Assembly (NCBI GenBank): GCA_964276515.1
Contig: OZ193909.1
Span: 14,942,001-15,006,000, forward strand
Direction: 5' to 3'
DNA from: Gordius albopunctatus
Taxonomy: Eukaryota
DNA length: 64,000 nucleotides
Shown here: one piece after another, positions 23,400 to 36,745 of the stretch
Layout of the letters: every line of letters starts with the position of its first letter
Position numbering within the stretch: position 1 is the first letter of the stretch
The notes under the pieces: generated by a model
Database searches by the model: none
What the model was told of the DNA's origin: nothing
Seen by the model: the letters and a program-made list of their open reading frames with translations, nothing else
Made by a program: the position numbers and the translations under genes

Positions 23400-23681
23400 T
23401 GTTGTGAAGGGTGTTTACACTTCTCTATTTCTCCTCCCCTTTCCCCCCTACCCCTTTGTAGTTTACACGGTCGTTGTCTCTCGATCTCTCGTTGTTATAG
23501 AGCGTCAATAATATTATTTATTACGCGAGATATTATTTATCGTATATATATGTTTATCACGCGTTGTGTGAGCGAAAAAAAGCATTATTAATAAAGTTTG
23601 GTCTCATTACCTTTCACATTTTTTCATCATCCTAGTACGAGTAAGAAATCAGTTGGATAAACAGTATTACACATTTATTAA
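23400..23681 (+). repeat. 3' LTR of Gypsy B
   Basis: Copy of 17807-18088, preceded by the PPT. Confidence 0.92.
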
Positions 23682-24122
23682 TAATTCAGCACTTTAAAAA
23701 CAAATGAATACCACAGGATATACAAAAATTAGATGTTAAAAAAATTAAGCAATTAATAAATCTATATATTTAAGAAAAATCTTATATTTATATAGTTGTT
23801 TGACTTCTAAGGACCTTTGTAATTCAATCGCTGTAAATAATCTCTGTCCCGTTCAAGCCAGTTTATAAAACGTCAGGCCCGTTCAAGCCCGTTAAAAAAT
23901 TTCAGGCCCGCCCTAGGCCGTTCCATTAATTGTTAAGCCCGTCCATACCCGCCTGAGGGTCGGGCTTTTAGGCCCGTCCGCGTGCCGGGCCTGCCCGTGC
24001 AGATCTCTAGTCGTCATTTATATCAATTCATTGTAAAATCCCTGAAGCATTACCCTTTATTTTCTAGTTAATTTTTTATGATAAAAAATGCTTTTAAAAA
24101 AAGTATTAAACATATAAAGAAA

Positions 24123-25700
24123 TTAACAAAATGATATAAGAAAAAAAATATTTACATATAAATAAAATGATAGGCATTTTACATCTTCTTTAAGTATGGG
24201 CATTGTACCCATCAGGGAATAAAAATTAGATTTAGCAATGGCCATTGATTTTCTCAGCATAAAACTATTCGATATTTTTGAAGGGGGCAATCGTTTATTA
24301 AGTTCATTAAAACAATTGAAAGCGCTCTTCCCAAACTTCCCCAAGCACGACGAAACGATAGGGATAAAAATGGAGGATCCTATTAAAACTGAATATTTTA
24401 AGGATTTACGATGCTCTGCCGATCCTAATGGGTGGTGAGTATCGTTAGGGGTTGACAGATCAATACAGGTCTGGTCCCATTTAAACAAAAGGCCTTTGTC
24501 CCATGGGACAAGTGACATACCGCCTGGACACATCCACCCTTCAAGAGAGGGATCTGAGGGTTCAAAGATGGAGGGAACTTTTGCCTGTTTGAGGGCAGCT
24601 ATGTTTTTATTTTTGATGCCTACTATACCTGCATTTGTTAAATTTACAATGTAGAGGGTGACGCGCTTTCTCATCTACAAGTGAATTAAAAAGCCGGAAG
24701 GAGTATGGTGACGTATACAGCCCAAGCGGAGGGCTATGGCCGGATTGGTCAAAAGCCAATGACCTTAGAGTGCAATGCTGCTTGGCGTTGCATGTTGAGA
24801 AAAAGTAAGCAACGGACCGCGACCCCAAACTTGCATCCAAATCTTTTTGGGCATGTTATTGTGGTTTATTAACTACTAAATACACATTTTCATTCCATAG
24901 AGATAAGGCTTGATTGATGGAAGTATTTTGAGAATGTGACGAGGTCGTTAACGGATTGTTTAAAAGATAGGGAGGATGATATAAGAGCGGCTAGGAAAAT
25001 CGCAGCTGGTATGTCTTTAGGATGGGGTTAGGCCAATTTTTTCAACGACAGTTGCTATATAGTTTTACTTTAACATTTTTGTTCTCAATATACCCGTGTC
25101 CATTTTGGTTAAAACTCACTTTACGCCATACAACTTTATGTAGCCATAATATAATCTTTTTAATTAAATTGTTTTGTTAACACTACTCACGACGGTCCCA
25201 AGTCCGTTAGCAATAAGAAGAGAAATGACCTCAGGTCGAAAACCGGCCATAAAAATTAACTCCGAAAAAATGATAGCTTTAAAAAAAACTTTACAACAGA
25301 AGGCTAAGGCTTCCTCCCTAAACGGCGCACTCCATACCCCGATCGTGCAATGTGAAAAATACACTTGAGCCGACTCACAACAAAAGTGGCTAAGGAAATT
25401 AGTGGTACACATCGCCTGTCTGCAAGAGACGAGATGGAACAGAACCAAAGCTCGGGAGTTAGGAGAAGGATGAAAATCATCCTAAAGTGGGTATCGTTCA
25501 AAGCGAATCGCTAAAGGACAAGGTGGTAGAACTAGAAGTCAAGCGTTGTTCAGATAGGCTAATAAGGGGGCCTTCTAACCGTTATGTGCGAGTTTCCTCC
25601 CCAAATTGCATATATGGAACCACAGAAAGATATATTCTTTGATTCATTCGAAAAGGATCTACAAAGTATAAGACAAAGGCAATTTTTTGTTGGCCAATTT
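24123..25700 (-). pseudogene. Degenerate CRE-clade non-LTR retrotransposon
   Basis: EPSDPSLEG..PGGMSLVPWDKG...WDQTCID...E.RK..KY matches the endonuclease region of the 43-46 kb element. Confidence 0.75.
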
Positions 25701-26848
25701 TAAAGATATCATTAATTGAAAGAAAACAGGATAGGGGCGGAATGACTGGGAAGGGAGAGGGGTATTTATATTTTAATTAATGTATAAAAAACAAAGCGCC
25801 CCTAAAGGGATTTCGACCTAAATCCCGTCTCAAGCATAGGAAAGATTCAAATACCGGGTTTAAAAATAGCTTAAGATTAACAAGAGATGTCTGGCCGAGC
25901 TCTAGTTGGGCTCATAAATAAAAATGGTTTCAGGCCACGGGCCGCTCAGATAAAAATGTTGGCAGAGGTCATTTCGATAACAGAATTGTAGGTTGGTCAT
26001 AAATAAACCAACGACGTGGATAAGACAGGCAGACATTTTTTGCAATGGCCTTTATTGCATAGCAATCAATAGGAATTAAAATTAACGATTGACTATAGCT
26101 AGGTAGCAATATTCCAAGACCTTTATTTAATTTAATTTTAGGGCCAAAACCTGGATATACTGCAATACCAGGTCGACCCGTAGAAAGAGTTGAGCAAGCT
26201 CATAGCTCCTCCATAAAGCCTAAAAATAAGGATAATTTCTGGTTCCTCAATGAGGAACTACCAGAGATTAAACTGATAAGAACAGAACTATACACTTGAT
26301 CTTAGATATAAAAGCCGAGAAGCGATGCATATCTAAAAAGTCCCCTTTTTATATACCACTAAAATTATGATCTTCTATGGTAATTTAATATATTATCCTT
26401 GTAATCTAGCATTTCCATAATTTTTCATAGATTAATGGTAATATAATTTAAAAAAATGATTTTTATCTAAATAATAATAATATTTGTGCAATTAATACTA
26501 CAAGTTAGCAATAATAATATTCCTTCGGAGTTTTAATAAAAATCAACGTTGATAACATCTATATGTTGTTTTATTTTAGAAACTAAGAGTAAAGCAATAA
26601 ACTATTCTATTGTGTTGGTAAGGCTCATCTAATTAAAGCACATAAGGAAATGCCTCACGTAGCATAAAGCGTTGGTTTTTATCTTTGTTGGGTGAAAATT
26701 GTCACTAGAACTTTGGCCTTTAGCGTTAGTATATTGTCATGATGAGTGATGCATGCACATGGGCGCAGCCACCATCGTCGATATACAAATGAATAATATC
26801 CAAAATCAACATTTCCTCCCCTTATTTTAACGAAAAAATTGCTCATAA

Positions 26849-29484
26849 TAGAGGTGGGCGCGGGCCTAATTTTTTATTCACGGCCCGCCCACTCACGGTG
26901 GTATTAAAAAAAATTCACGCCCACTCACGAAAGGCAATATTTTGATTCACGCACGTCACGCCCGAAAATTCACGATGTTTTTAAATTTTTCAAAATTGGT
27001 AATGGTAACTAGAGGTGGGCGCGGGCCGTGAAATTACGCGTGACCCATCGTGTCACGGTGGGTCACGGCGTGAATGTGAAGAAATTATAAATTAGTAGGC
27101 GTGACTGGGCGTGACGGGCCTTTCCAAAATTTTTCATAAATCACGGAGGCGTGAACACAAATTTCCATAAATCACGGAGATTTTAATTTTTAAAATTGTT
27201 TTTTATTAATATAAATTTGCAGATTTATAATTTTAAAAAATATATATATTATTTATTATTTTGTGGGACATTAAATTCGGCGAGATTGTTTTCGGCAAGT
27301 TGACGGGACACCTACAACAACCAATGAAAAATAATAAATCAGTGGAAATATGGTAATACATAAATATATGTTTTATTTTCATTTATCTTTATTATTTATA
27401 GTAATCATACACAAAGCAGTGGTGAAGGAGATAATAATTAAATAATTGAGATGGGCATGATTTCAAAATCAGAGATGTTAATTAAAATAAGAAAGAAAGA
27501 CATTGATATTGAATTTAAAGCTCCAGAAAACAGAAAAAGCAAGATATGGGATAACTTCTTAACAATTTATTATAAAGGTACCTTACAAAATTTTGTAAAA
27601 TGTACAAGTTGCCAAAACGTGATGTCATATAAATGTAAAACAGGAACTGCTAGTTTATTAAGACATAAATGTGTCATAAAAAATACAACAAAACATTCTG
27701 AGTCAATATATAACTTGTTTAAAAGACAAATATCAGATAAATCAAAAGCAGTTTTACAAAAAAATCAGTTATATTTTATATGTAAAGATCTACGACCTTT
27801 AAATGCTACAGAAAGTGAAGGATTTTATAAGCTTGGCCAAGAGTTAATTAATGTTGGTGTTACATATGGACAACAAAATATAAAAGATATACTTGTTAGT
27901 AGAAAAACTCTTATGAATACAGTAACTCCAAAAATATATGAAGAAATTAAAATTAAGATAAAAAGCTTGATCAAAAACAATTACTTGTCCATTACCACCG
28001 ACTTTTGGACAGATGAGTATAAAAATCGTAGTTTTTTAACTATTACTGGGCATGTTATCAATAAGGATTTTGAATTAAAATCATTTGTTTTGGCTACAAG
28101 GGTAATGGATGAAAAAAAACAGGAGCCAATATCAAAATTATAATAAATTCAATTTTGGAAGAATACACAGACATAGAAAATTATTTAAGTAAATGTATAG
28201 TGGTAACTGATAACGGGGCAAACCTAATATGTGCATTTAGAGATGATGAAAGGCTACCCTGCATATGCCATATATTAAACAACATTATGCATTACATTTT
28301 TGATAATTGTTTACATGAAATAACTGAAAATATAAATGGTGTGAAAAAAATAGTACAGTATTTCAAGCAATCAACAGCTAACATCAAACTAGGCTATACT
28401 CTTAAACAAGATGTGACAACTAGATGGAACTCTGTATATATCATGATACAGAGTTTCTTAAAATCATATTCCGAAATTCAGGTGTACTTGCTTAGCAAGC
28501 AAGAATTAAATCGACTAGCGACTATTGATATTACCATCTTACGGCAGTTAGAATTTTTTTTATCAATATTTAAAGAATGCTCGGAAAATTTGAGTGCCGA
28601 TTCTCATCCCACAATAAATGAAGTTTATCTGTGGCGACAAAAATTATTAAAGTTTTGTCAACCCTCTGAAGGGGATACAACAATAATAGAAACCTTAAAA
28701 ATCAGAACTGGATGTCTTTTAAAAGAAAGATTCATCATGCAGCCCCTACATAACGTAGGCTTAATTTTGGATCCCAATTTCAAAAGCCTTAAGTTTTTAT
28801 CAGAAGAAGAAAAAAACGATATATATAAAACTACCATAAAAATGCTAAATGTCATAAAATATGATATGAATGAGTTGCCAACACCAACTATTAGCTGTCA
28901 AAATTCGTCCTACACTCACAAGAAACCTAATATTCTAAATGAAACATTTAGAGAATTTCTAGATGATACTGATGAACCCTCACCATCTATTGAAGAAAGC
29001 TGCGAGGATGAACTTAAAAGATTCATCGCTCAAAAGACAAATAATAATGATAGTATTTTGAAGTTTTGGAAGCATGAAAATTCGTTTCCTTTTTTGAAAA
29101 AAATAGCGAGTAAAATTTTATCGGCCCCTGCAAGTTCGGCATCTAGTGAAAGATTGTTCTCTGTAGCCAATCGCGTGTTGGAGGAAAGGCGTACTCAATT
29201 AAAATCAAAAAACATGGATATTATTCTTTTTTTAAATAAAAATTTCGATTTATAAATTGTAATTATTTTTTGTTATGGAATTATAGAAATAAATAGAATA
29301 AATTCAAAAAAGTGTATAATTATAGGTTACCATTAGAGGTGGGCGCGGGCCTAATTTTTTATTCACGGCCCGCCCACTCACGGTGGTATTAAAAAAAATT
29401 CACGCCCACTCACGAAAGGCAATATTTTGATTCACGCACGTCACGCCCGAAAATTCACGGTGTTTTTAAATTTTTCAAAATTGG
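26849..29484 (+). mobile_element. Rearranged hAT element with three co-oriented TIRs
   Basis: TAGAGGTGGGCGCGGGCC at 26849, 27010 and 29334. 26849-26999 is a direct repeat of 29334-29484. TCACG/CGTGA subterminal motifs. Confidence 0.75.
27451..29255 (+). CDS. hAT (Hermes/hobo-like) transposase; one frameshift at the A8 run ~28112-28119
   Basis: BED finger (W..F...C..C...LLRH.C), TTDFWTD, VTDNGAN, CICH, TRWNS, C-terminal FW...P.L..IA..ILSAPASSASSERLFS. Confidence 0.9.
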
Positions 29485-29850
29485 CCAAAATGTGAATCGA
29501 AAATATTTTTTTCGTTTTTTTTGACTATTATGATTGTTCCTGTTCCTACCATTGCTATTATGACTTTTTGGCCGTCCGCTGGCTGCTGACCAATGGAATA
29601 AAATGACCATTGGCCAAAATGTTATTCGAAAATTTTTTTTTCGTTTTTTTTTTACTGTTATGAATTTATATCCACTTTTACCGTGTCCTGGCTGCTGACC
29701 AATGGAAAAAAATGACCATTGGCCAAAATGTGAATCGAAATTATTTTTTCCGTTTTTTTTGACTATTATGATTGTTCCTGTTCCTACCATTGCTATTATG
29801 ACTTTTTGGCCGTCCGCTGGCTGCTGACCAATGGAATAAAATAACCATAA
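29482..29850. repeat. Tandem repeat, ~3 units of ~110-128 bp
   Basis: Recurrent GGCCAAAATGT..TCGAAA...GGCTGCTGACCAATGGAA..AAATGACCATT. Confidence 0.8.
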
Positions 29851-32313
29851 GGCTGGCTCTACTAATGTGAGTTCGAATCCCGGAGAAGGCAATTTTTTTT
29901 AATTAAATCGAAAATTTGTATTAATAATTAACTAATTATTTTACATTTAATACCCCCCCCCCCCCGCCTATAGGCATTCTCACCCCTTCCCACCTTTCTC
30001 GCCCATAAATTGCATAGCAAATATGATACATTTATACGGAGTGTAGATGAGTTCCCCCTTCCCTCCCCTCCTCCCCTTCCCCCTTCCCACGAGGGCCGAA
30101 GGCCCGAGTTTTTATATATATCTTATTAAAAAATCTTATCATAGGTAGGCGGGCAATCATTTTCCTGCGTAACCAATATTTTTTCGTTTTTTATATTATA
30201 CTCGAGGAGTTATGATATAACCAAACGATAATTATCATATAGAAAAATCAATGGGAACTAATTTTTTAGGTAATCTCCTTAATAATTGTTACCGTGTTCA
30301 TTTTAGGGACTAATCACTCTAAAATTGTCAATAAATCTTTCAAAAACATTTTTAAAAAATACAAATCACACATGTTATTAAATTCGAAAATGTATCAAAA
30401 GTTTAGTAAAAAAAAATTCAAACGAAAACAATTAAAGGTAAATTTATTTTAAGTGTCTACTAAAGTTTATATAGATTAAAAGAGAAAAATTTCTTATTTT
30501 AATTAAAATTACGAAGGCAGAAATGTTTTATTTTAAAAACAAATAGTATGAAAATAAAAGGTACGCAACAATAAAATAATTTTTTGTCGTTTACATCAAA
30601 CGTGTACTGTTAAAGAATATTGATTTAACATTCTAGTTTTGGAAGTATTAAATTTAATCTGTATTCCTAACATTTGTAAAAATTTTGCCAATAAAATGAT
30701 CCATTGTCGAACTTAAAAATTTCCACCTGATCAACATTGTACAAACACTTATTTTTCACGTAACAAAATATTTAAACAAAGGATTAAAATGTTTATCTGG
30801 CCACAAAAAATATTATTTTCGTATGATATTTTGCACATAAAATTTAGATATTTGGTGCCTTTATTCATCTCTTGTTGAGGTTAGGCCAACTTGATTTCAG
30901 ACATTTAAGCGTTTAGACATTAGCATATGCAAGAGGGGGCGCGGACTTTGAAATGACTTTCGGTTTGAAAATTTGGAAAAAAAAAATTCGGGTTTAAAAA
31001 AGTGACTTTGCAGTTCTCTAGATTATTATGGCTCATCTTTTAATACTTACTATTTGAATATATTAATCTCATTTATTTTGAATGATATTTATTATTGAGA
31101 TCTATTTAAATTTATTTTAACCGATTTATTTGAAAATATTCTAATTAACCTTTCTCCACCAACATATATAGCTTTCAATGCTTAGCAAAAGACACTCTTT
31201 TCTCTCCTCTCTTTTATTTTAATCTCCTCCTGTTAAGATGTGTAGTGTATGCTTCTAATCGTTTAGTGGTTAGGGAACGATTTTGACTATTTAAATTCAA
31301 TTCATTGCAAGAGATTGGAAAGCGAAATTATAAGTGATCCATTTACTGCCGCCCCCCCCCGATCGGCGAAAAAAAATTTTTAATGCAAAAACCCTTAAAA
31401 ATTAAAAAATTTTATGTTTTGCCCCTCCTTAATTGAACTTTTAAACGTTTTGTCCCCTCCCCAAAAAACCTGGCTACACCCATGATTAGCCTCATATAAG
31501 TTGTCACTATATTATATGTAGATTGCTTGTTGCAAATTTGTTTAAAGTTTCAAGTTAAATTAAAAAATCTATATTAAGTTGCTTTATATAAATTATCATA
31601 AATTATTATTTAGAGTTTGACCATTTTCCCCTCCCCCTGATAATAGGCATTGTCAAGCCTTTCCCCTTTCTCGCCCATAACTTGCATAACAAATGTGCTA
31701 TGTTACAAAGCATGGACAAATTTTGTACAAATAATACTCCAGAACTAGGCACAAGTCCCAAGGAGAAAATTTTACCTTAATATGCTATGTATATTGTTAT
31801 ATTAATATTTGTATTTTATAACACTTATAAAACAACCCCTAGAATTCTAACCAAAATTTTGAAAGCTTAGTGTCTTTGAACCCCATTAGGCACACAATGT
31901 ACTAAAAACAATTTCAAGATCATTATTCTAACTGAGTCCTGAAAATAATCAGCATATTACACAAAAAGTCTTCTATAAATGAATTATTGATTGTAAAATA
32001 GAATTAAATTTTAATCAATGTTTCTATGCCAGCCTATTAATTCAATTACATTTTAGATCTATTATCTTTTTTGTATTATGATTTGTAAATACATGTATGA
32101 AAAAGTGTAATAAAACAGATAAACGGATTTTTGAATGATAATTTAAAATCAGTTTACATTGTTAATTTTATCTCATTTTAAAACCCAGAAGGCATATTAA
32201 ATATATTACAAGCAATAAAAGATTTTTAAGTTTCTAAGGGTTAAAGGTTAATATAAAAAATTTTAAATTACATTGGCAGAGTTAACATTTATTGGCAATA
32301 AGTGTAAACATAA

Positions 32314-32899
32314 TTATTTTGCAAATTCCACATTAGCACTTGTTTCAATTTTAATTGGTATTTTAGGCTTTTCTTCATTTTTACCCCCTTTTTCAATATC
32401 CCTTAAAAGCTAAAAAGTTTATATTAATGAATATAAATTTACTAATAGATTTAATAATGGGGGTATTTCAATGTATTTTGGAACAAATTTTGGAGGTGGT
32501 GGTGGCAAAGAGTCGAAATATTGTTTTCCTTCATGTTTTGGAATAAGGTACCAATCAGGAATAAATGCATCAGTAATTTTTTGTTCTTCAGTTATTGGAA
32601 AGTCTAAAAAATTAAGAAATATATTTTTAGATTACTTCTAAAAACTTTTTTCCCGTATACTATTCCACGTTCAAAATCCTTAATGCCTATCAAACATACT
32701 AAAAAATTAAACTAACTTCTGTTTTTAAGGAAGGGTAAGCCCGACTTATAATAACGAAACTTTTTTGTGGATATTGTTGCCAACTTGTCCTACTTACCAT
32801 GCGGCCGGCCCCAACATTTTTTAAGTTGGCAACTATTTCAAACAAAGACTTTCCATAATATTTTACCAATGGGGTTCCAATTTTCTTTATTTTCGGCAT
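32314..32899 (-). CDS. MRPS34: Mitochondrial ribosomal protein S34 (spliced, ~3 short introns)
   Basis: MPKIKKIG...YGKSLFEIVANLKNVGAGRMVSR...YPQKSF; later RGIVYGKKVFR and DWYLIPKHEG; stop TAA at 32314-32316. Confidence 0.8.
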
Positions 32900-33284
32900 T
32901 TTATTCAAAAACCCAAATGAATGTAAACATATGTTTATTAAAAATAAGTCGTTACCATACACTAATATTGTTTTATTGTCTATGGTCCTTACAACCTACT
33001 AAAATTTGAGTTTTTTAAAGTCAAGTTGGCCTAAATGCAAGGTATATTAAATTTTATACTCACTATTTGTGAGATTAATAATTCTATAACGAGCGATAGT
33101 TGGGGTATGTTGCTATAATAAAAAAGACAACGATTTATTATTTAATGGTCGGGAGTAGGGTGATTACTTTCTGAATTTTTATAATTTTGCTTGAGGTTCG
33201 AATTCTCGTGGACATCTTTATCTTTATCAATGATTTGGTCCCATTGTCATGGGGTTTTTTTTGATGAGGTTGTTGACCGGGTAA

Positions 33285-34320
33285 GTGCCATGCTTGAGTA
33301 ACCTCTTTTGTTTTAATAAATTTATCGACTTGCCCTTCTCCTCCATGTCCAGTAATTTTCTAGTTGGATCATGCTTCTCCTTTCTTAGTATATGCCCCTA
33401 CCACCTTAACAATTATGCCCGTCATAGGCTGAAATATTTTGGTCATAAGAAAACTCGTCATATGGTCGAGCTTAATATATCCCAAACTCCACCATATCAT
33501 TCTCATATCTGTAGATTGTATTCGCTTTTTTTCGTGGTGTTTAATGTCCATGCTTCACTTCCTTAGAGTAACACAGGTGCTATTTAAATAAAATTTTCTT
33601 GTCGCATGATATGTTAATCTGTCTACTTTTGGTTTCTTTAGATGGTCATCCAAGGATCATTTCCATGTATACCGTTTTTCGATCGTTGACCTTTAAACCA
33701 TATCCAGCTAAGCGCTTAGACCACTTTTCGGCTTCTTCGAATACTTTACCCTTTGTTTCCTTTGCATAGTACTTATCATCGTAATATAGCATACATTATG
33801 GCGATGGCTTTGGAATGTTTTTTGTTATCGTGTCTATAATTATATTAAATAAAAAGGAACTTAAAGCTAAACCTTGATGTAATCCAATTTTAACCCGAAA
33901 AGGTTTAGAGTCTCTAACTGTCGTCCTAACGCAAGAGTTTGAAGCCTCCTAAATATTTTTCATAAGCTGTTATATATGCGTCAGGGATATTTTGTTTTCT
34001 CCGGCACCACCATTTTAAATCGCGAGGAAGTCCCTCGCGATTAAGATTCCTACAATCGATAAAGGCCATATGTAAGCCTGCTCTCAGATTTCTACAAATC
34101 GATAAAGGCCATATATAAGCCTCCTCTCTTTTCATCATATTTATCCATAATTTGTATTAGTGCGAATATTGGGTCAATTGTGGATTTGCCGGCCACAAAT
34201 CCGAATTGGTTAGCCTATATTCTCACCTCGTTTTCAGGCTTGTTACTAAGATCCTTTCCATAAGCTGCAAGAAGTTACACGCTAACTTGATACCTCTGTA
34301 ATTGCACAGTCCTGAGGGTC
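33285..34320 (-). pseudogene. Degenerate RTE-like LINE reverse transcriptase fragment
   Basis: YRGIKL, GKSTIDPIFAL, LHMAFID, F.VKIGLHQG.ALS.FLFNII motifs across broken frames. Confidence 0.75.
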
Positions 34321-34999
34321 TTTTTTGTCTTTATTTCTTATATGAATTATTATTTTTTCACCTTTAAAATTTTATTTATGCTCCTTTAACAAATTTTCAG
34401 TGTCAAATATACTCAGAATATAATTAGTCACCGATTACCAGCCTCAAAGATAGATGCATAAGCAAGGGTACGGGATCGAGTTAAATCCCCCCTCTCCTTT
34501 TTGCCAAATATTTAATTTTTCTCTTGAATTATATGGAAAATTTCAAAGATTGTACTCCATTCCTCCCAACTAGTGTTGTAAAAAAACCAAAGGGTTTTCG
34601 ACCAGGTTATGGCTAAGGTTTGATCTTGGTCTATTTTTCAAAAAGACCTCAAGGTCTTTTGGTCTGTTTTCTTAGTCGACCTTTAGGTTTAGCCGATATT
34701 TGGAGAAAAGACCTAAAGGTTGTTAGTCTGTTTTGTCTAGCCAACCTGTAGGTTTAGTCATAATTTTGTTAATAAACCAAAGGTTTTTACTTGTTATTAT
34801 TAGTCGACCTTTTGTTTGGCTTAGGTGTTTTAAGGTGCTAGGAAAATAATATATAATTTAATGAGTGAATTTAAAATTAAGCAATATAGTTACGGGTAGA
34901 TTTTTAATTGTACTGATTTGATTATAACAATCGTTGAGGGTGATTTTTAATATTGATACCTAGTTGTAAAATATAATTTTAGGAATCAATCATTTGTCA

Positions 35000-36000
35000 A
35001 CCTAATTTGGTGACAATTGTCATAATTGTCGTTTATGAAGTAAAATAAATTGTTTAAACGAAAATTGGAGGGTTAGGGTGTCATAAAATTTTTGCAAACT
35101 TAAAATTTAAGTTTGTCACCTTATCTAGGTGACAATTGTCATAATTGTCGTTTATGAAGCAAAATAAATACTTTTAAAGAAAATTGGTGGGTTGGGGTGT
35201 TATAAAATTGTTGCAAACTTAAAATTTAGGTTTGTCACCTTAGCTTGGTGACAATTGTCATAATTGTCGGCAATGAAGCAAAATGAATTGTCTTAACAAA
35301 AATTGGTAGGTTAGGGTGTCATAAAATTGCTGCAAACATAAAATTTAAATTTTTCACCTTAGCTTGGTTAAAATTGTCATAATTGTCATTTTTATAGCTA
35401 GATAAATTCTTTTAACGAAAATTGGTGGGTTATGGTGTTATAAAATTGCTTCAATTTAACTAAAAAGATAAATTATAAAAGGAACTTTTAGCTTCGGATA
35501 ACCTAATTTTGTATCTTTTTTCCAACACTTTTAAATTTAAGAGAGCATTTAATCACTTTGACTGGTAAAATGTCAATTGATTACTAGGTGTGGGAAGCGC
35601 TTATTACTGTTTTAAAATAATCAAAATAAGTTATTATTATAAATAACGAAGATAAAAATATCAATTTAAATAAAAAAATTATTATGGTGCAATTATACTA
35701 TTTAGCAAAGGTAACTAAAATAATTTGACGACTTTTTAAAAAAAAATACTTTGTTGAAAAAATTTTATGACACCCTTACCCACCAATTTTCGTTAAAAGT
35801 ATTTATCTAGCTTTGAAAATGACAATTATAACAATTGTCACCAAGCTAAGGTGACAAACTTAAATTTTAAGTTTGCAACAATTTTTGACACCCTAACCCA
35901 CCAATTTTTGATAAAAGTATTTATCTAGCTTTGAAAATGACAATTATGACAATTCACCACGCTAAGGTGACAAACATAAATTTTAAGTTTGCAACAATTT
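35000..36000. repeat. ~120-bp minisatellite (GGTGACAATTGTCATAATTGTC core), ~4 forward and ~2 inverted units
   Basis: Units recur at ~35010, 35130, 35250 and 35370. Reverse-complement units at 35760-36000. Confidence 0.8.
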
Positions 36001-36745
36001 TAGCATGAACTCAATTTCCATCATGAAGTCATAAATTATATTAATAGGCTAAAATTGAAATTCAATAAATTATTAATTTGTCAATAAAAAAATATAAAAT
36101 TGGCGAAATTAAATTTTTTTACAAATAAGGTGGAAATCATTCATAGACATCATTTTTTAACATCTCTGAAATCTAATTTAAACGAGTTTTTAATAGGCAT
36201 TTTTTACAATCTTGAAAGTTACAAATTATCTTTAATTAAAAAATATCAATCGATAAATGAACATAAATAAATGCTTTTAGAATTATTAAATGACTATCTT
36301 ACTTATAAACTTAAAAAGAATTATTATTAATAATAGATTCTATTGTTTTTTTAATTGATATAATATGCTTATTTTGAATTACAGATGTCTGGTAAATATA
36401 AAAGTACTATTTTACACTACTTTAGTAAAAAGGAAAAGCTTAATAAAAAAGATAGTAAATATGATTTAATTTGGAATAATTTTAATTATGCAACAGGTGA
36501 AGATGTGAATAATTGTTCTGTAGAAAAAACTCTGGTTTGTTCCATTCAATGTTATAATGAAAAGGATGGTATTTATATTAATGACAAAATATTGGTCATT
36601 TTAAATGTACATTAACTAATGATAATTTGCTTGCAAGCATATAAAAAGATATTTTTTGTCTATTCAATTATGTATTACGAAACTTATTCCATAGATAGTC
36701 AAAATAAAAAAATGGTATTTGTTAAGAATGGAATTTATTAACTAT

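Larger units (their letters stand above)
17807..23681 (+). mobile_element. Intact Ty3/Gypsy LTR retrotransposon B
   Basis: ~282-bp LTRs identical by eye. PBS-like TGGTG at 18089. PPT AAAAAGGATGG at 23389-23399. Uninterrupted pol. Confidence 0.95.
17109..24009. mobile_element. hAT-type non-autonomous element hosting Gypsy B
   Basis: Ends TACAGATTTGCAACGGGC / GCCCGTGCAGATCTCTA. TSD GTCCTCAT/GTCGTCAT. Subterminal GCCCGT repeats. Confidence 0.65.

Noticed and set aside
28100..28160. Programmed -1 frameshift in the hAT transposase at GAAAAAAAAC
   Set aside because: A single-base homopolymer indel (mutation or sequencing error) is simpler; hAT transposases are not known to use frameshifting. Needs a read check.
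29455..29892. 145-aa ORF
   Set aside because: Translation of a tandem repeat.
35000..36000. CRISPR-like array
   Set aside because: Whole ~120-bp units repeat with no unique spacers, there are no cas genes, and the context is eukaryotic.
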